From assembly GCA_050084985.1 (NCBI GenBank), contig JBITNC010000001.1, positions 184,636,001 through 184,700,000 of the forward strand: a stretch of DNA of 64,000 nt. Reading direction: 5' to 3'. Below are positions 1 to 12,028 of the stretch, piece after piece. The DNA comes from Nageia nagi. Its lineage: Eukaryota; Plantae; Pinophyta. The stretch's first letter is position 1, and the number at the start of each line of letters is the position of its first letter. The notes beneath the pieces were generated by a model, which worked only from the letters and a program-made list of their open reading frames with translations, was not told the origin of the DNA and did no database searches. Position numbers and translations under genes: made by a program.

Positions 1-814
1 ATTATACAATTATGGCAAAATTATTATTGTTTACTTAGTTAAAATTATCTTAAAGTTGCAAGATAATTTTAAGTGGACATTTATAGCTAGGCATTATTTT
101 AGAGGAATATTTATGCTAAGAAGCATTTTTTTTGCTTTAATATAATTCTTAGCATTTTTTTTCTTCTTCCTTAGTTTTTTTTTAATCTATTGAAAGGATA
201 GAATCTTTCTTAAGATCAATTTTTTAAGGAAAAATGGGAGAAATCTTATGAATTTTTTACTTAAATCCTTTATGCAAATGATGCATGTTCATTACTTAGA
301 ATATTTTATCTCTCTAAATATTTATCTCTTTGGATAAATTCCTTATGCAAAGTTATGAATGGACTTGTATGGAAATAAAGCATGTTTATTACTTAGAAAC
401 TTTTATGATAAAATCCTTATACAAAGTTATGAAGTTGTGCAAAATATGGAATTATGTAAATATATCCTTTAGGGGTTAGTAAACAAAACCCATTGGACTC
501 TTAGGTTTCAAGTTATGAATGGATGATATTTTATTTTTACACACTTTACTTTATGGTTTGCATGTTTACTTTATTTATGCAAAAATTGCAAACATTGAAT
601 GTGCAACCCTTTAAAATGAACACATCTACATGTACATTCCACAACATGACTTGTTTAGGAAGCCATGAGGTGAGGAAAAGGTAGATTGGAGCCTTCAATA
701 TAATGATCCAAATGATGAAAAGTTTGTACTTCTTAATTTCCCCTAAGTACTCTATAGGTCTCGACATAACTCCAATAGGTGGACAGGCATGTGTGTAGTG
801 ATACCACATGTTTG
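1..814 (+). mobile_element. Fragment of the 5' leader of an older Copia element, target of the insertion at 815
   Basis: 420-810 aligns with 3835-4225 inside the leader of the adjacent Copia (shared ggggttagtaaacaaaacccattgga ... gtgtgtagtgataccacat). Degenerate ~75-bp repeats at 262-440. Confidence 0.65.
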
Positions 815-1307
815 TGTTGGAATGTATAATGCATTATTGTAAAGGTTTGTATTAATATTCTATGTAAGTTCACTAATACTTAAGGGTATCATTTGATACC
901 TTAAGTATTTAAATGAATATGATAATGTAGCTTATCCTACACTCCATGTCATGAGCATGCCCCTTGGGTAAAAGGATGTGCATGTCATGCTTTTGTACAT
1001 TGGATAATATGGTGATCCAAAGAGAAATTTTGGCTTGTAAATAGAAGACTCCCTCTTTGTGATCACTCACCAATTATGGAGTAAAGTTATGCTATAGGAT
1101 AGAAGTGTAGGAGATGAGATTAGGAGGATTGTAAGAAAGTTGTATTTGTGATTGAAGTAAAGATCTAGTTAGTGGATGTACTCCTAATTGGAGGAACCAC
1201 TTACATATTGTGTTGTGAGATTGCTTTGTGAGTTTGTTAGATGTAATTATGAGTTTTCATGTGATCTTGGTTGCTTAGAAATTATATTGTTAGTGTTAGT
1301 TCCTTCA
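815..1307 (+). repeat. Copia 5' LTR (493 bp)
   Basis: Begins tgttggaatgtataat, ends ttccttca, followed by PBS; matches 9330-9536. Confidence 0.85.
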
Positions 1308-1755
1308 AATTGGTATTAGATCTTGGTGTGAAAGCTCTTATTCAACATATTAGAGGTACTATTTCTTCAACTTGGAGGTATTATTGAGGTAAAATCAAGA
1401 ATAGGTATAAATCTCTCCCTTTTTTTTGGATTATCTCATTATGTTTCTATTTTTTTATATGAGCTAATTTATTTTTTTATATAAAAAAAGGGAAATGTAT
1501 TTACATATTATTGCTATGATTTTTTTTAAATATCTTTTAGTTATAATTTTTTGATAAATTGTTGATTATAGCAATAACATGTTATATTGTTTTTCTCCTT
1601 CAAAAAAAAAACTTGTATTTTTTTACAAAGATTATGTATCTTGATAGATTTAAAAAAAGGGATGGGGGGAGTATCAAGTGTAATTTGTTTTATATACTAT
1701 TGGGGTGGATGCTCTATCATATAGACATATTTTAATTTTTTTTTATAATTTTTTT

Positions 1756-1758
<3 letters not shown>

Positions 1759-1791
<33 letters not shown>

Positions 1792-1825
1792 AAAAGAGAT
1801 ATAATATATATATATATATATATAT
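1759..1825. repeat. (TA)n microsatellites
   Basis: Two TA runs at about 1759-1788 and 1801-1825. Confidence 0.9.
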
Positions 1826-4699
1826 GAAAACCTTTTAAAAAAAATCAATATATAATTCAAGCCATTAGGGTTAGCCTAATCTGTTAGGTTTCAAGTTATC
1901 AACCTAAAGCCATGTAAAGAGTGGTGACATCTCCACTTTGTATTATCTCTATCTCGACACCCTTATGGTGGCCAAATCCCTTTAGTTTGATCCACTCCTA
2001 GTTTGGTTCCTACTTTGAGGATGGTGGGAAAGGTACATTGATTTGATTTGCCTACCAAGCTATGGCCCCTTTCACCTTATGCAACTCTCTCCACCTTCAT
2101 AATACTCTCTACACCTTCAACCACTCCTACACTCAGCCTCTCCTCTCCACTCAAAGCTCACGATTGTGCCACTAGGTGCTAGTCCCCTCTCACCTTATGG
2201 CTATCCATATGACTAAGCCTATCACCTCATGTTCCTCACAGATGCTAGGTCCTTCAAAAAATGAAAGGTGAAAAGTGGATCTCTTTGGTGTCCTCTCGCA
2301 GTCATAGTTCCACCCTTTACTCCACCAACTATGGCACCTCTTGTTCTTTTCCTATGTAACTCTCACTCGCTGCTAGGACTTAACCTATCTCACCTCTTCA
2401 TCTTGAGCTCCTAGGCTGTCCTCTCCCTCATGTGCTACTATATTTTGTAAAAATTTTGCATCCCCCTCATGCATTGCAATCTCCTCCCATTTTCCACTGT
2501 AGACCCCACACATGCTGTATTCACCCCCTTGGCCCTTAAGAGTCCACTTGTGATCATTGAGAGTCCCTCACCTCTATGTATGATTGGTCACATATTTGCC
2601 TTCTTAGATGGCTTCCCTCTTGCTTTCATGTCTCGATTAATAAAGAATAATTTTATGCTAAGTTTGGGGGCACAATAGAAAGGGCCACATGCAAGAGGGC
2701 TGTGAGTAGAAAGGAAAGAATTCTTTGTAAATTGCTTGAGCTTACATACATGCTCATGTGTGCCTCCCTTCCCTTGTGGCCACTTTGAGACACATTCTTG
2801 CTCAACACTGTTAGGGCTCTCCTCCTGTGCATCCCTTCCCTCTCCTTCGTGTAACCCCCTCTCCTCTGTGAACTTCCTTCCCTCATTGTGTAATTGTTTT
2901 TTGCTAATTCAATTCAACCTTTGTCCTTCTACTCGGCCCCCTAACTCCTCTTTTTTTTTTACTACTTTCACTCTGCTTTCTCCTCACTTACCCTTCATTT
3001 GGTTGGTCAAAATATTTAATTTTTTTTCCAACAAGTACAATGTTACACTTTTTTTTTGGGGTCTCTTGCAAGAAACTTAGTGTCTTAATTTTTTTTCTAC
3101 CTTCCATTTAATTCATTTGACTAAGAGTGAAGTAAAAAATAATTTTTTTTTACATTCTTGCAAGTAATTAGGTAATCATTATCAACTTTTAAATGAGGAG
3201 GTAATGCATAGAAGCACTTTATTTAGTCAAATTGCAATGGAAGATATTATTTTTTTTGCAATTTAAGGTACCTTCATTGGAATATGTCTTATAAACAACA
3301 TTTTTTAAAGTAATTTTTACCTTAATAAACATATAGTGTTTATTTTTTAGAGGGAATATGCCTAGTCATTAAGAAAAATATAGAACTCTTTTTTGCTAAA
3401 GAGTATCATTTTTTTCCTTGATAATACTTCTAAGGGGGAATGCCATTTTAAATTAGCAATGTTATTTTTTAAGTAAAAGGGGGGATTTTTTGTATTTACA
3501 TAAAAATATTGCATGAATGGATGAATGTCTATAACTTAATTTTTTTTTTTGATACCTCTAAAGTGTCTACCTTAAAGTTCCTTTTCAATGCAACTTTGGA
3601 AATAATTACATATTAGAATTAACAAATTTTTTTTGCAAAGTAATAATATAATGCATACTTATGTGTGATTATGCTTAAATGATGCATGCTTAAGATTAGG
3701 ACTTAATTTTTAAGTTAAGAATGATACATGCTTAGGACTTAATTTTTTAAATTAAATGCTTAAAACTTAAATTTTTAAGTCAAATAATGTATACGTATTA
3801 CTTAAAATATTAAGTTATGATGCAATCTACTTCCTTATGCATGAATAGACTTGTGCAAAATTAGGATTGATGTAAAGATGTTCTTAGGGGTTAGTAAACA
3901 AAACCCATTGGACACTCAGGTTTCAAATTGAATAGATGATGTTTTATTTATTCTCTTTACTTCATGTTTAATTTTTTACTTTATTAGCTTATGCAAAAAT
4001 GCAAACATTGATATGAACAACCCCCTAAAATGAACACATCCGCACATACATTCTACAAAATGACTTGTTTGGAGAGCCATGAGGTGAGGATAGGTGGATT
4101 GGAGCCTTTAAGTTTGATGATCTAAATGGTGAAAAATACATACTTTTCAATTTCCCCTAAGTCCTCTATTAGTCTAGATTTAACTCCAATAAGTGGATAG
4201 GTATGTGTGTAGTGATACCACATATCCGCATGTCCATTCAAGGATTATCTTGATAATTTAGGAGAATAACTTGAAATCTAATCAAGATTAATACTTTGGC
4301 CAATCCAATAAATGTTAGAACTTTAGAAAATAGCTAGTACTTCTTCTTATGAAAGTATATTGCTATCCAAGGGGAACTGGTTGAGGATTAGTATCACCTA
4401 GGTTCCTCTTGTGTGGGCATCCAAGTGAAGGCTTAATTTTAGAATAGAAAATAAACTTCGATAATGTCAATCTACATCTACTGTTCTTGAGATGAGAAAT
4501 ATATTTGGATACATGGGTTATTATTTGAATTGTAAAACATTTGCACTTGTGAATCAAATTAAGCATGTCTTTAGTGTTAAATGTAATATGTATTATTTAC
4601 TTGGTCAAAAATTAACATTTAATATTATTTATTAAAACTTCATGCTTATTATTTCACATTCTTGTATAGCAAATAAAAGAATTCATTTTACCCAAACAC

Positions 4700-7600
4700 A
4701 TTCTTGATGGTTCCAACTATGAGATTTGAGAACCTTAGATGAGAGCTAAATTACAAACAAGAAAGCTTTGGCAAATAGTGAATGAGAACCTTATACCTTC
4801 TATAGATGATAAGGCACTAGAGACTTACAACATGAAAAATGAATTAGCAACCTTTATTATTTACCATGTAGTTTCAAATGATGTGCTTCTAATAATTTCC
4901 TCTTCAACCATGATAAAGGAAGCATGGGATAAGCTTAAGAAAATCTACTTTGGTTCAAAATTTTTAAGAAGGTTTACCATTCTCCAAAAGTTACTTCAAT
5001 TTTATTAAGGGAAAGATGAAAATATGGCTATCTACTTGAATAAAATCATTGACCTAAGGACCTAACTTGTTGCTTGTGGGTGCAATTGGATCAATGATGA
5101 GTTCATGGTCTTCATCATTCTTTAAAATTTGAAAACTTTATGATGGTTATGGAAATAAGGCTTAATGATGAAGAAGAAGTCTTCTCCTTCCAAAATCTTT
5201 TAAAGCACCTATTTAAGCATGAGAAAGCCTTTAACAATAAGGTGTTGATTTCTTCTCCTAAGGATAATAATGTTGCTCTTAGAGAAATCAAAATTATTTT
5301 CAAGAATAAGTTCAACCATCAAAAGAAATTTTATCCTTCTTCCTCCAAAAGGTTTGAGAAAAGAGGCAATGGTTATAATAGTAGTAAAAATAATGGGAAC
5401 AATGGCAACAATAACCACTTCAAGTAAAGAGATTGAAAAGGTAAAGCAAATAATCCATATCCTAAGGAAAAATTTGATAGTAATTGTAACTATTATGGCA
5501 TTCAAGGTCAGAAAGAAGTTGATTGCTACAAAAAGAAAAAAAAAGAACAAAAGTAATAGAAATGTAAAAAAATTTAAAGGAAAGAAGAATATTTATACTA
5601 GTTTTGCTATAGTGCTTTAGTCCATGTCTCGCTCTTTTTCATCTGAATGGATTATTGATTATGGTTGCACTAATCACCATTAAGTTGTTGGGCTCTACTC
5701 TATGACTCACTCTTTCTCATCTAATTGGATTGTTGACTCTAGTTGCACTAATCACTTATGCTTTGAAAATGATAAGTTTGAAAATTTTCATAGCTATAGA
5801 AAATATGTAGTTATAATAGGTGATAATTCTATCCTTGAAGTTCAAGAAATTGGGAGTGTGTTGATTCATGGGAAGGTTCTTGAGAATGTGCTCTATGTTC
5901 CTAAGCTCAATATGAACCTTCTCTCCATTATTAAAGTTGCAAAGAAAAGATACTCATTTGAGTTTGACTCACACATTTGATGCATTAAGAAGGGACTTAC
6001 CATGTTGATTAAAGAATTAGTGAAAGATGATCTTTACATTATGGATCAAGTTCTAATGAAGATGTGTCTTGCTACAAATATATGATCTAGAGGTAATCTA
6101 TGGCATCAATATTTGGAGAACCTTAACCATAAAAGTATTAAAATCATGAAAGATCAAGAACTTATGGAAGGTTTTCTTTTAATTTCACCTTCAATTGGTT
6201 TGTGTGAGAAGTGCTTCTTAGGTAACATGAATAGATAAAGGTTTGAAAAAGATAAGGTAATAATGGCATCTCAACCTCTTCAACTTGTGCATTCATATTT
6301 GATGGGTTTATTTTAGACTTTATCATTTAAGGGCTAATCTTATGTCTTGACCTTAATTAATGAATTTAGTAGGATGAATTTTGGCTATCTACTTGAGCAC
6401 AAAGATCAAAATTTTGAGAGTTTCAAAAATTTTAAGGCCTTAGATGAAGATCAAACTAACCTTAAAACTAAAATGTTGAGAATAGACAATGGGGGAGAAT
6501 GTAACAATAATATGTTTAATATCTTTTGTGCTAAGTTTAAAATCAAAAAGTAGTTTACAATTCCTTACACTCCTTAGCAAAATGGTGTTGTTGAAAGGAA
6601 AAATAAGATAATTATGAAGATAGCTATATGCATATTGGATAATCTTCCTAATTTCTTATGAGATGAAACTATGAGCATAGCTATTTACACCTTGAATATG
6701 TGTGCCATAAAAAACATTCAAGGAAAAACTCCTTTTGAGATATGGTCAAGAATAAAACCTAACTTTTCATACCTTAGGGTGTTTGGTTGTGAAACATTCT
6801 CATACATTATTTTAGAGAAAATAAAAAAAATTAGATAAAAGAGTTGAAAAATGTATCTTTGTTGGTTATGATAGTCAACATAGAGGCTACAAGATTTACT
6901 TTCCATCCTATAGAGTAGTGTTCAAATTAAAGGAAGTAAATTTAAATGAACTTCTTAAAGAATCTAATTCTAATGAGGATTTTGATGATCTAGATGACTT
7001 GTTAGTTGAACTTAACTAGTTGGATATTAATATAGATAAGTCATTCTAGGAGCAAAATTCTTCAACACAAAAAATAACTAGGAGCATGCCCTTGAATAAA
7101 TCTTCATTTTTCCAAATTGATAATAAGAATGAGCCCTCATCATTCAAAGAAGCTTCAAAGCACGAGTGTTAGAAGGAAGCCATGAAAGTGGAGTATGAGG
7201 TGCTTATAAAAAATGAACCTTAGAACTTAGTTTCTTATCCCAATGAAAAAAATATGATAGGCAATAATTGGATCTACAAGATTAAGTTCAATTCTATTAG
7301 GGATATTAAGAAATACAAGGCAAGGTTAGTAGCCAAAGGTTTTGCTTAAAAATATGAAGTAAATTATAAAGAAACCTTTGCTCCCATGGTAAAGATGCCC
7401 ACTTTGAAATAATCCTTACTCTTTTAGAAGCTCAAAAATGGAAAGTTTTTTAACTTAATGTCAAGAATGTATTTCTCAATGGTGAATTATATTTGAAAAT
7501 ATACATGAATCAACCAAAAAGATTTATTATGGAAGGAAAAAAGTCATTTATGTGCATGTTAAAGAAGTCATTGTATAGACTTAGGCAAGCACCTAGAGAT

Positions 7601-8560
7601 TGGTACAAGAAGATTTTAGAATACTTTATAGATATTGGATTCTCCACGTACTTCTTTGACTCTGATCTATATGTACTCAATCAAGGAATAGATGTGGTAT
7701 TGATTCTTCTTTACATGGATGATCTTTTGATAACTATGAATAATGATGAAATCATTCAAGATTGCATATCCAAATTTAAGGCAACATTTGAAATGATTGA
7801 TCTTGATCTCTTGTACTACTACCTTGGAATACAAGTATACCAATACAAGGATTGTACTTATCTTAATCAATCCAAGTATATATCATATATATTGCAAAAG
7901 TTTAGAATGGATGAGTGCAAACATGTTATGATCCTAGAGTCTCTTGGAATCACTATTTCGCTTAGCTCCAACTCTTAGTTGGTAGATGCTACAACTTACA
8001 GGTAATTAATTTGTAGTCTTCTTTATTTGACTATTTTTAAGCTAGATATTACTTTTGTAGTGAATTTGATGGAATGATTCATGAAAAAATTATATGTTGA
8101 GCATCTTAATATTGTTCAATGAATCTTGAGGCATGTTGCAGGGATAAAAGATCTTACTCTCAAGTATTTCAAGTTACCCTCGCTTGTTCTCTCAAGGTTC
8201 TCAGATTATGACTATGGAGGAGATAGAGATGATAGAAAATCAACCTTTGCATATGTGTTCAACATTGATGTAGGTGCTATCTCTTGGGGTTTCAAGAAAT
8301 AGCATACTATTTTTCTTTCCACCATAGAAGCCAAATACTAAGCCATGTCTGTTGCAACCCAAGAAGCTATTTGATTTAGGCATATTTTGAAAGAAATTAG
8401 GTATGAGAAAGCTGGCCCATATCTAATTTTTATAGATAATAAATTAGTTATTTCTTTGGCTAAAGATCTTATATTACATTAGAGAATAAAACATGTGGAA
8501 ATCGAAGCCCATTTCATCAGAAAAAAGGTTCTTGATGGCATTATACACTTAGAGTATTAT
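4700..8560 (+). pseudogene. Copia gag-pol polyprotein, many stops and frameshifts
   Basis: Gag (KEAWDKLKKIY), decayed zinc knuckle ~5484-5527, protease WIVDSSCTNHLC, integrase LRIDNGGE and QNGVVERKN-like, RT (LKKSLYRLRQAP, LLYMDDLLI), RNase H (DRKST, KHVEIEAHFIR). Confidence 0.9.
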
Positions 8561-9329
8561 TCGTGAAGTTACCTTCAAGGGGGAGTGAAGTTTGAATTCT
8601 TATGTTGAATTCATGTTTATGATAAAAATGTCACCTTTATGAGGATTTTATGCTATATAGTGTTGATTTTATTGTACACCTTCATGGTAAGTTTGCTCTA
8701 TATGAGAAAGTTTTTATATAATTTTTGAACAAATGATTGGCCAATCTAGCACTATTTTGTTATCCATATGTGAGGAATGCGTATGTGTCTTTTAGCATTG
8801 TTCAGTTATCCATATGTGAGGAACTCATATGTGCATTTTGTTATGCTCTATTTTGTAATGGTAATCAACACATATTTTCTATATAGTAAGTGACTATGAG
8901 TATTGGCTTGGCATCTTTGTGATGAATTATAAAGCACCATTGATCAATCTATGATGGCACTATTTGATTCATCTATCCTTATTGATATGAATGTGTTGCA
9001 TTTAATTGATCTTATTGTTTGACCTGCTTATAACTTGCAAGTTTCTTTTGAGATTGTAGGTTCTTCAGATGTACAAGCTCATGGAGACTCATCATGACTT
9101 CCAATTGGATGACTAATTTATGTATATTAAAATTAGTTATGGTTAATGATTGTATTGTAAATTATTTGTTAAAATGATAAAGTAGTGAGTATTAAACTAA
9201 GATCTTGCTTACTTCATAAAGATGTAAAAAGTTCTCATCTTTGATTGTATCTATATGGAGGAGAACTCTCTTACTCTCTCTCTTTATTCTCTCTTCGTCA
9301 CTCTATACTAATATTGCATTAAGGAGGAG

Positions 9330-9536
9330 TGTTGGAATGTATAATACATTATTGTAAGGTTTTGTAATGTTCCTCTTTGTAAATTCATTAATACTTAAAG
9401 GTATTTCTGAATACCTTAAGTATTTAAGTGAATATGATAATGTTACTTGTCTTACACTTCATCTCATGAGCATACCCCTTAGGTAAAAGGGAGTAGCATG
9501 TCATGCCTTTGTACAATGGTTAAAAAGGTGATCCAA
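9330..9536 (+). repeat. Copia 3' LTR, truncated
   Basis: Follows the PPT and is homologous to 815-1020; breaks off abruptly into L1 ORF1 sequence. Confidence 0.85.
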
Positions 9537-10330
9537 GTGTTTGAGAGGTTGATATAGACTACCCTTTGACAAAGAATCAATTATCCAATATGCGCATCAA
9601 TAAACTCTTGGAGATCCTTAGTGAGGTCAACTTTCACACAAACTCTTTGAGAGGATCAAGCATAGAAGAACCTTTTTGGTTCAAAGAAAACAAAAGTCCA
9701 TAAGGTTTCAGCTAGGGTACATAAATATTTCTAACATGGAATAGGTAACCCAAGAAACTCAACCCACATTGGGACTTCAATGGCAACCTCATTATCAATT
9801 GTAAAGTCTTTATGGTAACTTTGCAGGATTAACATAGAATTTTTGACCATCCACAGTCCTTTGTTCAGCACTTTTTGAGCATGCATAAAGTCAAAAAATG
9901 AAATAAAAAGTAATCCTTGGTGAGGTTCTAGACATTTTCTACCTTAATACCCTATGAGGTTCAAACTTGGCTAACCCAAGAATGTAACAAGGAGTCATTG
10001 GGGATCCTACCTAGAAAATATCCCACCATGGTATGTGATTCAAACCATTGATAAGTAGCACTAAACTCTTCTACAAGAATAAAATCTTGAGGAATAGATC
10101 CTTTACCTCATGTTCCACTTCCGATAGAAACTTATGGGGATGCTTCCCTAGTGCCATTGATCCCTCTAAGTGAAGAGTTGGCAAGAGTGGCAACCATAAT
10201 AAAGGGGGGGAGGGGGAATCACCCAAGGTAGACATTAATACGATGTCAAATCAAATTAAAATCTTGTAGAATCTCTATAAGAGAAAAAGTGGTGTGACGG
10301 GGAAACCAAAACCCTAAACTCAAAAACATG
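9537..10330 (-). mobile_element. L1 LINE 5' fragment (ORF1, DUF4283-type), cut just before the zinc knuckle
   Basis: Minus-strand translation gives KGLWMVKN, VPMWVEFLGLP, RVCVKVDLTKDL and QRVVYINL, typical of plant L1 ORF1. Right boundary approximate. Confidence 0.75.
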
Positions 10331-11186
10331 TAGATAGTTCGACTCTCAAAACCACATTATTTTGTATTTTAGAACCTTGAATGTTTCATTGCATATCCTC
10401 CAAATTGATTCACATCTTATTTTTCAATTTTTATTAGGAAAGGTGTCAAAGAAAATAGCTATCAAAAATTACTTTTATGTTGTCAAGAGATTAAGGGGAT
10501 ACAACATTGATATTGAGCAAATTTTTTTCATCGATTAATGTATAATAAAATTTGTTGGTTTGATAATATAAATATGTTTATAAAACTCGATGAATAATAA
10601 TGCATGAAAATACAAAACATAACATGCAATAAAATGAAATATATATTGAATATGTAATGCCAACAATGCTAAAATATCAAAAGCACAAAATAACAAAATA
10701 ATACAAATGATGAAAAGATTGAAAAGAAAAACTTTATATGAAAGAATTTAATTAAGGAAAAAGTTTCATATGAAAAAACTCATTAAAGAGAAAGTAATAA
10801 TAAACAACACAAATGGCCTACTACAGCTCTTCGTTCCATAGATACATTAATATAATTTACCTTTACCTTTATATGGGTGTGTGTAGAGGTTGTTCTTAAA
10901 TAGCCAAAGATAAGTATAACTCTCAACTCTACAAAAATCATAAGTAGATAAGGATGCCAATCCAACATGTTGATTCTCCACACATAATTCATTACCTGAA
11001 ACTAATATATGATTATCTATAATTATAGCTCTAACAAAATATATATAATTATATCTTTAAAAACATATATAACCAACCTTTTAAATAGCTAATAAAATTT
11101 AATATATAATAAACTTAAATAAGATGTAAGTTACTTTCTTTTTAAAGATGTTAACCTACATGGACCAATTAACATATTTAATAATA

Positions 11187-11800
11187 GGAAAAATATCCAA
11201 AATACCTCTACTTTTTTTGAAATATCGAAAATACCTCTGAAGATAAAAATAAAAAGAAAACAAACACATAAATAAATATGGAATAAGAAAACCACTATTA
11301 AATTACAAATACTATAGTTTATATGATATAATATATATAAAATATTAATAAAACATAAATATATACAATTTAAATTAATAAAAATAAAATATAATAAAAT
11401 ATTTAATACATTTTCATGTACATAATTTGTAAAATACACTTATAGTTTAATAAAGTATTTCCTAAATTTAATAATTTCACATAATGTTTACAAATTGTAT
11501 TTTATAAAGCTATTTTTATAAATTGTATTTACAAGCATATTTTTTAAAAATAGTTTAACTATTTTTCATGTATTTTGAAAAGATAATATAAAAATACCCT
11601 TGTAAATTACCTTCATAATTTTGTGTAATATCGAAAATACCCTTCTAATTTTATAGTTTAATAGAATTTTTCTTATTGTATATTTATTTGTGTATTTTTT
11701 TCTCTTTATTTTTATTTCTATAAGTATTTTAGATATTTCAAAAAAAAAAGAATATTTTTAATATTATGTGAAATTATATATGTGTTTTAGATATTTTTCT
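11187..11800. mobile_element. Mutator-like (MULE) non-autonomous MITE
   Basis: Imperfect TIRs of about 125-150 bp (GGAAAAATATCCAAAA... / ...TTTTAGATATTTTTCT) and a perfect 9-bp TSD TTAATAATA at 11178-11186 and 11801-11809. Confidence 0.8.
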
Positions 11801-12028
11801 TTAATAATAACATACTTTTAGACTTGGAATTAACGAAACTATAATATAACACCTTGTGCATAAACATACAAAGCTACCTGATCATGTACAAGTAGATCTT
11901 CAACCTTATTCAACAATAAATATAGATTCTGCAGGGAAGAAATTACCGAGAAGAAAGTCATCTGAAACAAAGATGCTTACAGTTTGTAAGCACACCCTGA
12001 TTTGATCCAGCAACAGATGAACTCTTTG

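Larger units (their letters stand above)
815..9536 (+). mobile_element. Decayed Ty1/Copia LTR retrotransposon with truncated 3' LTR
   Basis: 5' LTR TG..CA 815-1307; Met PBS-like tggtattagatc 1311-1322; gag-PR-INT-RT-RH order 4700-8560; PPT aaggaggag 9321-9329; 3' LTR starts 9330 and homology stops at 9536. Confidence 0.9.

Noticed and set aside
1863-3047. Separate SINE or solo LTR inside the Copia leader
   Set aside because: No B-box, convincing termini or TSD found.
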